Of a DNA stretch of 41,741 nt, positions 17,442 to 27,559 are shown piece by piece. Source of the DNA: a virus. Taxonomy: Duplodnaviria > Caudoviricetes. Made by a program: the position numbers and the translations under genes. Position 1 is the stretch's first letter. The number at the start of each line of letters is the position of its first letter. The stretch covers positions 1 through 41,741 of the IMG/VR virus record IMGVR_UViG_3300010413_000076. One strand, written 5' to 3'. The notes beneath the pieces are model-generated. The model saw only the letters and a program-made list of their open reading frames with translations. It had not been told where the DNA came from and ran no database searches.

Positions 17442-17774
17442 CTAGTTATCCTTCTGTTCTACGTCTACCGTGGAGTACGTACCCACCTGTACGCTATGTC
17501 TGCTGTCTGACAGTCTTATCACGTATCCACTATTCTTCGTAGCAGGGAACCACCCTAACCAATCTTCGAAGGGGTGGAATATTGTAAATTGTTGTACGTT
17601 GAACCACCTACCCTCATGTAGGAAATACCCGTCTTTTACGTCCTCGAACGTGGGCAGCACATCTTCCGGTACCTGATCTCTGGTCAGTAGTGGGTACAGC
17701 AGCCCGTTAGTTTTTACCTCCATCAACTTAACTCTTTTCATGTGGGACTCTTTCTGCCGCCCATCGACGGCCAT
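17442..17774 (-). CDS. Hypothetical protein (first leftward gene)
   Basis: ORF downstream of tandem promoters. Confidence 0.6.
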   Translation of the reverse strand: MAVDGRQKESHMKRVKLMEVKTNGLLYPLLTRDQVPEDVLPTFEDVKDGYFLHEGRWFNVQQFTIFHPFEDWLGWFPATKNSGYVIRLSDSRHSVQVGTYSTVDVEQKDN

Positions 17775-17832
17775 TAGTCATACCCCCTATGTCTAGGAGG
17801 CCGCCCTATTGCCGCCCCCTCTTTGTAACTTC

Positions 17833-17861
17833 ATTTTATCACGCTGTTGACTTTCTGTCAA
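17833..17861 (-). promoter_or_regulatory. Sigma70-type promoter with overlapping palindrome
   Basis: TTGACA-17 bp-TAAAAT with extended TG; TTGAC-agaaa-GTCAA. Confidence 0.8.
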
Positions 17862-17867
17862 TACCTA

Positions 17868-17896
17868 AGTCTAGCGTTACGTTTACACTGTGTCAA
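17868..17896 (-). promoter_or_regulatory. Fourth leftward promoter
   Basis: TTGACA-17 bp-TAGACT; imperfect palindrome TTGAC-acagt-GTAAA. Confidence 0.6.
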
Positions 17897-18063
17897 TGCT
17901 TAACAGCCTACAACCCCTAAACAGCCGAAAGCCTCCGTCGTACGGGCAACTTAAGACATCAGCATTCCGGGCACTCCATTCTGCGTCATCACCATACTCC
18001 TCTATATACCCCCCTACAACTACCATACCTTCCTGTATGCCCTCTGCTGTTCCACTCCCGCCC

Positions 18064-18093
18064 TTGACAGGGCGTCCATCGCAGCATTATACT
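18064..18093 (+). promoter_or_regulatory. Rightward sigma70-type promoter for the packaging/structural arm
   Basis: TTGACA-18 bp-TATACT upstream of terS. Confidence 0.65.
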
Positions 18094-18168
18094 GCTCACA
18101 TATGCCGAACGCACAGAAGACACTGGCAAGCCTTGACAGGGGAAGATTTAATAGCCGAGGAAGCTAAC

Positions 18169-18873
18169 ATGTCAACCACCAAACGCAAAAAGTCTACCAC
18201 CAAGCCTACCACCAAGATCAAAGTTAAATCAGTCACTAAACACAGACATGATTCTGCCACCACTACTACTGCTAACCCAACCAACGCAGAACTGGATGCC
18301 TTAGACTTAAGTTGTCTAACTGACCTACCCTGCACAACCTGCACGTCCAAAAAAGTGAAGCGGTTCATAGAGTTGTTAGCCACCACTAACAACGTAACTC
18401 ACGCCTGCAACCACTCACAGCTCCCTAAACGTACGGCGTATGCTTTACGCCAACGCTCCACGGCTTTTGCTGCCGCGTGGGACCAAGCCGTATCTTTCTC
18501 GTTGGATGACCTAGTTGGTGAGGTGTACGACCGTGCCAGGGACAGAGGCGACGACAAGTCGCACATGCTGCTTATGTTTGCCATCAATCGAGCAGACCGG
18601 CAGGCAGCCCAACGCGCCAACGACCAGACCGGCGCAATTAGCGACTTTGTGGCCGCTATGACTGCACTAAGGAAGGAAGTGGACGACGGCAGTCTAGTGC
18701 TGGACGACGGCCTTGACGGCGAAGAACTAAAGGAAACTAGCGAGTACGACGACGGGTACGATGGTGTAGACGACAACCAGGACGCCACAGGAAACCAAAA
18801 CGAGAGCGCCCCGGACGCCCCGGACGACCCCCCAGCGCCGCCAACCAAAAAGAGGAGCGCCGTTTATGGTTGA
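18169..18873 (+). CDS. terS: Terminase small subunit
   Basis: FIELLATTNNVTHAC...TAYALR..STAFAAAWDQA pattern; overlaps terL; start moved to ATG 18169 after GAGG. Confidence 0.8.
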   Translation: MSTTKRKKSTTKPTTKIKVKSVTKHRHDSATTTTANPTNAELDALDLSCLTDLPCTTCTSKKVKRFIELLATTNNVTHACNHSQLPKRTAYALRQRSTAFAAAWDQAVSFSLDDLVGEVYDRARDRGDDKSHMLLMFAINRADRQAAQRANDQTGAISDFVAAMTALRKEVDDGSLVLDDGLDGEELKETSEYDDGYDGVDDNQDATGNQNESAPDAPDDPPAPPTKKRSAVYG

Positions 18874-20149
18874 CATTCAGGCTAGGATACGGGCGTACAC
18901 TGAGGCACACATTAGCAAGTCCTCGTCCATCGGCCTTCCGTCACTTAAAGGTTGGGGGTACCTACTCAATTCAACAGCCAAAATAAACCTAGCCGTGGGA
19001 TCTGTACGTTCAGGCAAGACCGTAACTGCCGGTATTAGGTGGGCAGATTACGTGGCCAATGCGCCCCCTGGTTTGCTTCTCGTTGCTGGCAAATCTGAGC
19101 GTACCGTAAAGCGCAACGTAATAGACCCCCTGACAGAGTTTCTCGGGTCCGATCAAGTCAAGATACGTTGGGGATTGGGCGAAGGTACCATACTGGGGCG
19201 CGACGTCTTCGTAGTTGGAGCAAACGACGAACGCGCAGAGGGTAAAATACGTGGGTCCACGCTGGCAGGGGCGCTGGGCGACGAGATAACTTTATGGCCT
19301 AAGTCATTCTACTACATGATGCTTTCACGTCTATCTGTCAGGGGGTCAAAGTTCTTTGGTACCACCAACCCTGACAGTCCGCGCCACTGGTTGAAGCAGG
19401 ATTTCATCAACAACCGTAGACTCAGGCGCTGCGGCGATATGCGGGTATTTAACTGGAGACTAGACGACAACCCGTACCTTGACCCGCTTTACGTGGCGTC
19501 GTTGAAGCGGCAGTATTCAGGGCTGTGGTATAAGCGTTTCATCCAGGGGTTATGGTGTCTGGCCGAAGGGTCAGTATATGACATGTTCGACGAGAAGCGT
19601 CACGTATACTCAGGTGACGTACCTTTCGTCGTTGACCACTTCATCACAGGCATAGACTACGGTACCGCAAATCCATTCACAGTAGGGCTATACGCTATAG
19701 GACAAAAACCCTTATACAATGGTTACGCTGCCCTAGTCAAATCCTGGAGGTGGGACGCCAAAAAACAGGGACGCCAAAAAACAGACAGTCAACTGGCCGA
19801 CGCATACAATAAGTTCATCGACGGCGTCCAGGTAAAAGCTAACTACGTTGACCCTTCTGCGGCATCCTTTATAACAGAACTTAGAGCACGCAATATAAAG
19901 GTCACTAAGGCCAACAACTCAGTAGTTGAAGGCATACAGTTCATTTCTTCCATGTTCAATACTGGAAGATTTATGATGCATGAATCTTGCACCGACGACA
20001 TAGCGGAATACAACGGTTACGTATGGGACGAAAAGAAAGTGGCCAGAGGAATAGACGCCCCACTCAAAGTAGACGATCACGCCCCTGATCGTGACAGATA
20101 CGCACTCAATACTCACTTAGGTGGCAAGGGTCTAGTCATCTTTGCCTGA
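18866..20149 (+). CDS. terL: Terminase large subunit (PBSX-like)
   Basis: GSVRSGKT, IRG, GDEIT, TTNPDSPRHW, GIDYG, VDPSA, DDHAPD. Confidence 0.95.
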   Translation: MVDIQARIRAYTEAHISKSSSIGLPSLKGWGYLLNSTAKINLAVGSVRSGKTVTAGIRWADYVANAPPGLLLVAGKSERTVKRNVIDPLTEFLGSDQVKIRWGLGEGTILGRDVFVVGANDERAEGKIRGSTLAGALGDEITLWPKSFYYMMLSRLSVRGSKFFGTTNPDSPRHWLKQDFINNRRLRRCGDMRVFNWRLDDNPYLDPLYVASLKRQYSGLWYKRFIQGLWCLAEGSVYDMFDEKRHVYSGDVPFVVDHFITGIDYGTANPFTVGLYAIGQKPLYNGYAALVKSWRWDAKKQGRQKTDSQLADAYNKFIDGVQVKANYVDPSAASFITELRARNIKVTKANNSVVEGIQFISSMFNTGRFMMHESCTDDIAEYNGYVWDEKKVARGIDAPLKVDDHAPDRDRYALNTHLGGKGLVIFA

Positions 20150-20164
20150 TAGGAGGAAAACATA

Positions 20165-20374
20165 ATGGGAAACTTAAAATGGTCCAAAGTAGCCTGGAAG
20201 GTAGTCAAACACGGGGTCATTACGGCGTTGTCCGGGGCAGTAGTTGCTATACGCAATACCCCAGAGGGCCAAGCCGTAGACCCTGGAGCAGTGTTGTCGT
20301 CTGCCTTGCTGGCTCTGGTTGCTGGCGGCGGCATAGGCGGCGGGATGAACTACCTGAAGCACCGAAAGGACTAG
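20165..20374 (+). CDS. Small membrane protein, holin candidate
   Basis: Two hydrophobic segments, basic C-terminus, AGGAGG RBS. Confidence 0.55.
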   Translation: MGNLKWSKVAWKVVKHGVITALSGAVVAIRNTPEGQAVDPGAVLSSALLALVAGGGIGGGMNYLKHRKD

Positions 20375-20381
20375 TTAAATC

Positions 20382-21935
20382 ATGTTTGACGTATTCGGCA
20401 GCACTAGACGTGTAAAACAGCTAAAACAGGAACATAAACGACAGCTTAGTGCTTTCCATAACGCCGTCGCCACTTCTGTGCGTCGAATATCCACATTATT
20501 ATCTCGTATGGGGGTATCGCACAACAAGAAGCGTGATTTGTCGTTTGTGTTTGGGTACCCCGACGAGTCAGAACTTACATACGAGTTCTATGACGAATGG
20601 TGGAGACGTAGCGGATTTGCTAATGTCCTCATATCTAAACCGGCTAGGTCTTGCTGGCGTGATGGCGCGAAAATAAAGAATGACGAGGACGACGGAAAAG
20701 AATTGCTTGTCGACGAAATGAAGGTTCTTACTCGTGCTGGATTCTTTGGGGCTATAGAACGTGCCGACATAGAAAACCGCAAAGGCCACTTCTCGGTGTT
20801 ATATGTGGGCATACCAGGAGACGGCGACCCTAAAGAACCTATAACGCGCAGATCGCGTAAAAACATGTTAAAGGATGTATATTTTACGGTATTTAGCGAA
20901 TCAGCAGTGTCTATATCTGAATATGACGATGACCCAACGTCAAAAAACTTTGGAGGTCCGTTAATTTATACTCTTACGCCGTCCAGTTCGTACGCCACGG
21001 AGACGTCCAGGGTCAAAGAAATTCAGGAGTCTATGGAGGTTCACCGAGACCGCATTATACACTTGGCCGAGGGGGCCACTACGAGCAACTTTGTAGGGCT
21101 TCCTTTCCTTGAGCCGGTAGTTAACAGACTGGTCGACCTGAACAAGACTATGGGAGGATCAGCAGAGGCGTTTTTTAGGGCGGGCGACCCCAAACGAACT
21201 ATAGATGTGGACCCAGACGCCACTATAAGTGACGAGGACTGGGAAGCGTTTCAGACCAAAGCTGAAGAGTGGGTCAACGACTGGAAGACGTTTATCGGCC
21301 TGCGCGGAGCTAAAGTACGTAATTTAGTCGACCAGATATCTTCACCCAAGGATGCCGTAATGGTCAGCATACTTGAGATTGCGGCGTACAGTGGGTGGTC
21401 GTTACGTCAGTTTACTGGCGAAGGAGGGGGCCAGTATACGGGGCAGGAGGACAAAGCAACGTATAATCAAATAATCGCTGACCGGCAAAACCAGTTTTGC
21501 TCCCCTCTGGTTATACGACTGCACGAAATCTTGTCTGAAGCTGGCTTCTATGAATTTCCCGACGACGCCGTAGTGTCATGGCCTATAAGTGACGCATTAG
21601 ATGAGAAGTCAAAGGCAGAAGCCAAGAAAAACGAGGCGGCTGCAGCGGCTAGCATAACTGCAGCATTAACCAACTACGTAATGTCAGGGGTGGACAGCCT
21701 ACTTGGGTTTAAGGACTTCCTGATAGAGGTCGTGGGGTTGGACCAAGCCAGGGCAGAAGAGCTGGCCAAGAAAGCTGAAGAAATACAAGCCAAGTTGCCT
21801 GAGATAGACCCCCTGGAAGAGGATGAACTCGACGTAACACAAGACGGGCAAGGAGACGAAGACAACCCAAACAACCCAAACAACCTAGACGATCAAGGCA
21901 GCCAAGGCAACCAAGATAGTCAGGGCGACGCATAG
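20382..21935 (+). CDS. Portal protein (DUF1073-like)
   Basis: Position after terL; VFGYP, DDDPTSKNFGGP..Y, VHRDRII, GGSAEAF, D..TYN..I..RQ. Confidence 0.88.
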   Translation: MFDVFGSTRRVKQLKQEHKRQLSAFHNAVATSVRRISTLLSRMGVSHNKKRDLSFVFGYPDESELTYEFYDEWWRRSGFANVLISKPARSCWRDGAKIKNDEDDGKELLVDEMKVLTRAGFFGAIERADIENRKGHFSVLYVGIPGDGDPKEPITRRSRKNMLKDVYFTVFSESAVSISEYDDDPTSKNFGGPLIYTLTPSSSYATETSRVKEIQESMEVHRDRIIHLAEGATTSNFVGLPFLEPVVNRLVDLNKTMGGSAEAFFRAGDPKRTIDVDPDATISDEDWEAFQTKAEEWVNDWKTFIGLRGAKVRNLVDQISSPKDAVMVSILEIAAYSGWSLRQFTGEGGGQYTGQEDKATYNQIIADRQNQFCSPLVIRLHEILSEAGFYEFPDDAVVSWPISDALDEKSKAEAKKNEAAAAASITAALTNYVMSGVDSLLGFKDFLIEVVGLDQARAEELAKKAEEIQAKLPEIDPLEEDELDVTQDGQGDEDNPNNPNNLDDQGSQGNQDSQGDA

Positions 21936-21937
21936 AA

Positions 21938-22960
21938 ATGTACCTAAACACGCGCCAGTATAGGGCACCACAGGCTAGGATACTCAGACGTAAACGCGAA
22001 TATACGTCTAGTGCTGTACTGGCGGGGTGGGCATATAATGCCAGCAATGGTAAAATTACGATGCCTGCGGCGCGTCAGGACCCCACAAGGACTAAGGCAC
22101 TACGCGACAGGCTAGCACAACAAATCAGTGCCAGATATGACGCCATAAAGCAGGCTATAACGCGGTCTATAGTGGACAATGACTGCTTTGGTCTGCGTAA
22201 GTTTGCCAACCAAGAAGTTGCTGGTATAACGGTCTTATCCAAACAACAACTGGCGGCGCAGGCTATGCAACAGCAGGTAGAAGCATTCCATAATTGGCTG
22301 AAGTACGCTACCGACTTAGCAGTAGTGGAACGTGACGCAGCAGGCCAACCTTGGTCCGACGCCCAAATACAGCAAGCATACAACCGAGGCGTAGTTAGAG
22401 GCAACGTTCAGGTGCGGCAGGCTACTGGTTCTCACATGATTCAACCTATCGATGGCTCAAACGTCGTAGGTCTTCTGGGTCACCCAGCTATACGTGAACC
22501 GCTTGTGGTGGCTAAAGACAAGTTCTGGACTGCTTTAAACGGCATCAACGCCCAAATGCAGCTTCAGATAAACCATGAACTCTCCAGAGGGCTGGAAGCT
22601 GGGCTAAGCCCGTCAGAGATAGCGCGAAACATAAACCTCAAGGTCGACACCGTAGGCAAGGTTCGCGCCAGAATGGTAGCCAGAACGGAAATCGTCAGAG
22701 CGCACAATAGCGGGTCCGTGGCCGAGTATGACAGGTTGTCAGAGGTTATAGGGGAGGAAATACTCAGTCAGTGGCTTGCCACATTAGACGACCGCGTCAG
22801 GTCAAAGCACGAACAACGACACCTTAAGGTGTTCAAGTCAGTGGATGCCAGGGCGCTGATGGGTGAGCCAAATTGCCGTTGTGGGCTAGCGCCATACGTT
22901 AGGTCAGTAGAAGGACCGGTGGCAATATCTACGCGGAATAACCTAATTGACCCTGCGTAG
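21938..22960 (+). CDS. Minor head morphogenesis protein (Mu gpF/SPP1 gp7-like)
   Basis: DPTRT, RARMVARTEIVRAHN, WLATLDDRVR..H, PNCRC; start may be 22061. Confidence 0.88.
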   Translation: MYLNTRQYRAPQARILRRKREYTSSAVLAGWAYNASNGKITMPAARQDPTRTKALRDRLAQQISARYDAIKQAITRSIVDNDCFGLRKFANQEVAGITVLSKQQLAAQAMQQQVEAFHNWLKYATDLAVVERDAAGQPWSDAQIQQAYNRGVVRGNVQVRQATGSHMIQPIDGSNVVGLLGHPAIREPLVVAKDKFWTALNGINAQMQLQINHELSRGLEAGLSPSEIARNINLKVDTVGKVRARMVARTEIVRAHNSGSVAEYDRLSEVIGEEILSQWLATLDDRVRSKHEQRHLKVFKSVDARALMGEPNCRCGLAPYVRSVEGPVAISTRNNLIDPA

Positions 22961-23094
22961 AAGGTAGGGGTAAAACCTGAAACGCCAGCAACGCCGAAAC
23001 CTAAAGCAAAGACCCCCACCGCGTCTGTTAAAGGGAAGGCCAAGGAAACTTCAAAGAAGACTGCCAGGAAATTGAGCAAATAAAGGAGCGTACC

Positions 23095-24642
23095 ATGTCA
23101 AAAGCACACATCAGGCCGAATGAAGGCGAAAAGCTAAACGATTTTGTTTCACGGTTTATGTCGCACCCTCATAACATAGACACGTACCCGGACGATAAGC
23201 AACGTCTAGCGATTGCCCACAGTTTGTACGAGGAAGCCAAAAAGAAAAAGAAAGCAGATTTCGGCAACTCAGGCGCTGATGCCGACGTACATGCTGACAT
23301 GTTCATCAACTCCCGCACGTCTGGTACTGTTCGTACCGTAATGGAAAATGGGCGTAGTCATCTAGTGTCGCCTGCCGTACCGATAGTGGGTGATATAGTC
23401 ATGAACGAGATATTCTACCCCGATGACGTAGTAACCAATTCAATGAGTCAGTTCGAGATGCTGCCAGCGCCAGCCAACCATCCTCGCGTACGCGGCATTA
23501 GAACGTCCATTAGGAATCCGCTAGCGGCCAATGCCCATAACATAGGCGGGTTTACGCGAAAGCCTGTCAAGGAGGGCAAAAAGGTAAAAGTAGAATTCTG
23601 GTTGGATGAGTCAATAGCTAAATCCAGCGAGAAAGGTCTCAGAGTGTATAGCGCTATGGAAAATGGGCAACGCCTAGGCATATCGACTGGTGGCAGGGCC
23701 AACATGAGTTGGGAGGAGGGCGTAGGGCCGACGGATGGCAAATCGTTCAAGCGTAGAGCGCACGCATTGTCGTATGACCACTGTGCTGTGTTGCTGGACG
23801 AGGAAGCCGCAGGTGCTCATGCCGGTACAGAGCTTGTTACCAACGAAAACGGCGTCGATCTGTTCGTATGTAACGTAAGTCAAGCTCTGGCCCACTTACC
23901 AGGGTTAGCGCCCACCAACCCTATGACGTACAACGAACTGATGGATGTATTCAGGGACGCAGTAAATAAAGCCTTCGCGGCAGGGTATGAAGACGCATAC
24001 GCACGTGATCTTGTCTTAACTGAACCGGCAATATTGGTATCAGCAAAGCCTAAGAGCGAACCAACGTACGTACTGCTTAAAGTTCCGTTCTCCGTGAATG
24101 AGTCTAACCAGATAATGCTTAAAGTGGACGAGGCCCAGAGGCTCAAGGAGCGGACTATATACGAGGTTGACAGAATACAAAACAACCGAAGCGGCAACGA
24201 TAACCCCAAACAAACCGAGGACACTAAACAGGAGGATGAAAGCATGGACTTCACCAACGAAGAGGCAAAAAAACAACTTGAAGCGGCAGGATTCAAGGTC
24301 TTGAGCACTGCAGAATTCAGCAACATGGAAAAAGATCAAAAGGAGCTGGCCGGATTCAGAGATGCTGAGGAAAAACGGCTGCAGACGAAGCGCGACCAGA
24401 TAATCGAAAACGGACTGATGACAGCCGAGGACCTTGAAGGCATGGGCGAAAAAGGACTTGACAAGCTATTGACTTTGAGCGACGGTGCAGGCTCAGGCTC
24501 AGGCACCATCAACAACGCACTAAGGCAAGGAGGCAACGGAAGCCACAGGAGCGACAACAAAGGAGGCAAAGGCAAAGCGGTTGAAGCTTCCGACCTTGCC
24601 GACATCGAAAACGCAGCAGAAAGCGACAAAGCAGACGCATAA
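23095..24642 (+). CDS. Prohead protease/scaffold (DUF2213-like)
   Basis: VMNEIFYP, HP, GISTG, DHCAVLLDEEAAG; coiled-coil C-terminus; precedes the capsid genes. Confidence 0.8.
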   Translation: MSKAHIRPNEGEKLNDFVSRFMSHPHNIDTYPDDKQRLAIAHSLYEEAKKKKKADFGNSGADADVHADMFINSRTSGTVRTVMENGRSHLVSPAVPIVGDIVMNEIFYPDDVVTNSMSQFEMLPAPANHPRVRGIRTSIRNPLAANAHNIGGFTRKPVKEGKKVKVEFWLDESIAKSSEKGLRVYSAMENGQRLGISTGGRANMSWEEGVGPTDGKSFKRRAHALSYDHCAVLLDEEAAGAHAGTELVTNENGVDLFVCNVSQALAHLPGLAPTNPMTYNELMDVFRDAVNKAFAAGYEDAYARDLVLTEPAILVSAKPKSEPTYVLLKVPFSVNESNQIMLKVDEAQRLKERTIYEVDRIQNNRSGNDNPKQTEDTKQEDESMDFTNEEAKKQLEAAGFKVLSTAEFSNMEKDQKELAGFRDAEEKRLQTKRDQIIENGLMTAEDLEGMGEKGLDKLLTLSDGAGSGSGTINNALRQGGNGSHRSDNKGGKGKAVEASDLADIENAAESDKADA

Positions 24643-24714
24643 CAGACACTAAACGGCGGCTTTTATGACTGACGATTAAGACGCTTTAAACACCTAAAAC
24701 AGGAGGAATAAGCT

Positions 24715-25146
24715 ATGGCGGTAACCTCAATCTTAGGATCACCCATTGACCACGAAAAACAGGTCAAGGAGTATCAGGTAGGGACAGCCTACACGCCAGG
24801 AGACTTGCTGGAGATTTCAAGCGGCAAGACCCAGCGCCACAGTACGGCAGACGGTCAGGTACGCCCAATGTTTAGTATAGAGAACGTCTCCAATGCTGGA
24901 ACGATAAGCACCGACACCGTAGCCGACGAACGAGCGCCCGTGGTCATCCCTCGTGCGGGTGACAAAATTTACGCGTGGATAGCCAACGCAGTGGTGGTAG
25001 TCGCAGGCGTAACCAAACTAGTCAGCAACGGTGACGGGTCGTTGAAGGCTGCAGCAGGAACCGAAGCTGACACGGACGTTGTCGGCACAGCTCTTGACTC
25101 CAAAACGGCATCCGGTAAAACTCGGTGCTGGATTGAAGCCGCATAA
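24715..25146 (+). CDS. Head decoration/cement protein
   Basis: Lies between scaffold and capsid; TPGDLL, LVSNGDGSLK. Confidence 0.7.
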   Translation: MAVTSILGSPIDHEKQVKEYQVGTAYTPGDLLEISSGKTQRHSTADGQVRPMFSIENVSNAGTISTDTVADERAPVVIPRAGDKIYAWIANAVVVVAGVTKLVSNGDGSLKAAAGTEADTDVVGTALDSKTASGKTRCWIEAA

Positions 25147-25170
25147 TACGGCAAGGAAGGAGGAGTTACA

Positions 25171-26154
25171 TTGAATCCTATGCAAAGAAACGAACTGGCA
25201 GCACACATCGTAGCTCGGTACGCTACGTGGTCTAGCATGATCAACTCTGGAAGGTTTTCTGACCAGTTCAGCAATGCAGCCACAGTCCGCAAGGATGACT
25301 TTGAGCGAATCATTGCGGCGCTCAAGGAAGTACAGCGTCACGACTTGGTTGCCGTCGCAGACTTGCGCTCCCGTGGACTGGTAGAAAATACCAGGATTAC
25401 TGATACCGTCGTGGGCGTTGAGAATACGTCAGAGATGGAAGCTGCGCAGAACTCCATGAACGTGGCCCAGCTAGGCATGAACAAGTCCGTATATGCCCAG
25501 ACGTACACACCCAACCCGATAGTTCACCACACCCACGGCATTGATTGGAGGCAGAATTTCGGCTACAGCGTAACCAACGGAAACAAAGAGTCGATGCGCA
25601 AGGTTATGGAGAGGTCAGAGGCCAACGTGGTCAACGGCGACTCAACCTTGGTGGTCAGGTTTAATGGGGCCAACCAAGTCATGTACGGGTACACGTCTCA
25701 TCCTAACCGTACAACCGTTGCCGTCGATGACTGGGCAGTAAGCACAACCAACTTGCTGGCTAACGTCAACTCCCTGATGTCGGCAATGTACAACACGAAC
25801 AAGATTAAAGCGGCCAGGGGCACAATAATAATGTATGTGCCGACCAACTCGTATATGGTGCTCAGGCAGCAGGCTTTCAGCAACAAAGGCGACATGACTT
25901 TTGAGCAGCAAATACTTACCAGTTACCCGGAAATAGCCAAAATAGAACCGCTCCCTGATCTGGCCACGGGTAACCCGCTCCTGGTCTACATGAAGCCGCA
26001 ACACGTATCGTTGGCTATATCTCAAGCGCCGGTCACCGTTCCACACCTCAAAAACCTTGAGATACTGCCTCAACTGTTCACCACCTATGCCGTGTGGACT
26101 TTGATCATCCACGTAGACTCCAACAGTCTGACTGGCATCGTACAAGGCACGTAG
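25171..26154 (+). CDS. Major capsid protein (HK97 fold)
   Basis: 327 aa, position, strong RBS, VADLRSRGL, PIVH, YGYTSHPNR. Confidence 0.85.
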   Translation: MNPMQRNELAAHIVARYATWSSMINSGRFSDQFSNAATVRKDDFERIIAALKEVQRHDLVAVADLRSRGLVENTRITDTVVGVENTSEMEAAQNSMNVAQLGMNKSVYAQTYTPNPIVHHTHGIDWRQNFGYSVTNGNKESMRKVMERSEANVVNGDSTLVVRFNGANQVMYGYTSHPNRTTVAVDDWAVSTTNLLANVNSLMSAMYNTNKIKAARGTIIMYVPTNSYMVLRQQAFSNKGDMTFEQQILTSYPEIAKIEPLPDLATGNPLLVYMKPQHVSLAISQAPVTVPHLKNLEILPQLFTTYAVWTLIIHVDSNSLTGIVQGT

Positions 26155-26167
26155 GAGGGCCACGAAA

Positions 26168-26473
26168 ATGGCAGACAACAAAGACACTGCTGGCGCTAAG
26201 GCCAGCGTTAAAGCTGGGGATGCAATACAGGAAGCCACGGCAGGCGTAAACGTGTTTGAACGAAGGCTATCAAGTCCTCTAGTTATTACAAGGGACGAAA
26301 GCAAGTTCGTTAAGGCAAAAGTCTTGCATCGTGGGTGCTTTGTGCCCTCTGACCCCCTAAAGCCTCAGATACTGACCGAGTTGGAAGTAGGCAAGATATA
26401 CGAGTTCTCGGTTGGGCGTGCTGACGGCATGACGGGCAAAATTGAAATAGTGGAAGGACCCTACAGCAAGTAA
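26168..26473 (+). CDS. Hypothetical protein
   Basis: AGGAGG RBS after the capsid gene. Confidence 0.65.
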   Translation: MADNKDTAGAKASVKAGDAIQEATAGVNVFERRLSSPLVITRDESKFVKAKVLHRGCFVPSDPLKPQILTELEVGKIYEFSVGRADGMTGKIEIVEGPYSK

Positions 26474-26495
26474 CATCGGTTAGTTTACAGTATAG

Positions 26496-26557
26496 ACCGC
26501 TTGCGTCTCATGCTTCCTGCCTTCCCCACAGGCGGTTGTGAGCGCAAGCGGTTTTTT
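26496..26557 (+). terminator. Intrinsic terminator after the capsid genes
   Basis: ACCGCTTGCG...CGCAAGCGGT followed by a T-run. Confidence 0.7.
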
Positions 26558-26580
26558 CCTTATCGTGGGAGGATTTCAGG

Positions 26581-27150
26581 ATGTTCGGACAGACGCCAAC
26601 AACACTATATGATAACCTAGGCAACTTGGTTTACCCGTCTAAGGCCTTCGTGGATGGAGGGCAAGGCGTGAATACGCAGCGCCATGACGTAACCAGAATC
26701 CACAGTGGAGTGATGTATACTGTCTCGATCGCACAGGCGTCCCTAGGCGCTTCAGGACTTATGGAAATAGCCTTTAAGGCTAACGGAACTAATGACCTCC
26801 ATTATTACTTCAAAGTGGCTGCAGAGGGTAAAGGGTGGATTAACATACGACGTAACGCAACCAGCATTGTGGGTGGGACAGTTCAGACACCAAGAAACAG
26901 AAACGGCAGTTACTCTGACAGCTCAACGGCTCTGGTCACGTTAAACCCCTCAACAGTCACAGGTGGAACGTCTATATTTGATTTGTTCGTACCTGGAGGC
27001 TTTGGTGGGATGGCTTCAGGGGCAGTAGGGTCAATGTGCTCTGAGTGGGTTGTCCCTGCAGGGACTATGGACGTTTTAGCATTCAGCAACACGGCTGGAG
27101 TTGCTCGTGACGTATCGTTCGAGATATCGTTCTACGAAGTGGCCCCATAG
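26581..27150 (+). CDS. Putative virion structural protein (beta-rich)
   Basis: GGAGG RBS; G/T/S-rich; lies in the head-neck region. Confidence 0.55.
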   Translation: MFGQTPTTLYDNLGNLVYPSKAFVDGGQGVNTQRHDVTRIHSGVMYTVSIAQASLGASGLMEIAFKANGTNDLHYYFKVAAEGKGWINIRRNATSIVGGTVQTPRNRNGSYSDSSTALVTLNPSTVTGGTSIFDLFVPGGFGGMASGAVGSMCSEWVVPAGTMDVLAFSNTAGVARDVSFEISFYEVAP

Positions 27151-27172
27151 TAACCGTGAGGTAAGGTGAACC

Positions 27173-27559
27173 ATGGCTATAACTGAGGGACTAGTACGGC
27201 AGGTCAACCCGTTCCCAACCATCGACAGTGCCAGAATCGTCGACTTCATTGCCGACGCTACTGAATGGTTAGAGGCTCTTGGCGTAGACGTTGCGCCATG
27301 TCATACTGCCTTGAGCTATGACTTAGTGGTCAAGTATCTGGCCTGTCATTACGCCGCATTATGTGAAAGACAGCTCAAGGCATCCAAGATTGGGCCAGCG
27401 TCTGAGCAATATGGCGGCGAGTACGGAAAAGGCCTAGAGTTTACACAGTACGGACAGAAGGCGCTCTTGTACGACTGCTCAGGAATCTTGCAAGAGCAGG
27501 GCAAGAAAAAAGTTTCCGTGGGCTTCTTTGGCGGGGCCGACAACAGGAATGAAACATGA
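27173..27559 (+). CDS. Head-tail adaptor (DUF4054-like)
   Basis: FIADA, KYLACH, GLEFTQYGQ. Confidence 0.75.
   Translation: MAITEGLVRQVNPFPTIDSARIVDFIADATEWLEALGVDVAPCHTALSYDLVVKYLACHYAALCERQLKASKIGPASEQYGGEYGKGLEFTQYGQKALLYDCSGILQEQGKKKVSVGFFGGADNRNET

Noticed and set aside
451-17700. Plus-strand ORFs in the left arm (and minus-strand ORFs within 18-38 kb)
   Set aside because: They are antisense shadows of well-supported genes, Ser/Leu-rich and without RBS
18133-18138. Second rightward TTGACA as a promoter
   Set aside because: No -10 hexamer at a 16-18 bp spacing
17890-18168. N-terminal 93 codons of the 327-aa terS ORF
   Set aside because: They overlap promoters; the RBS-supported start is 18169
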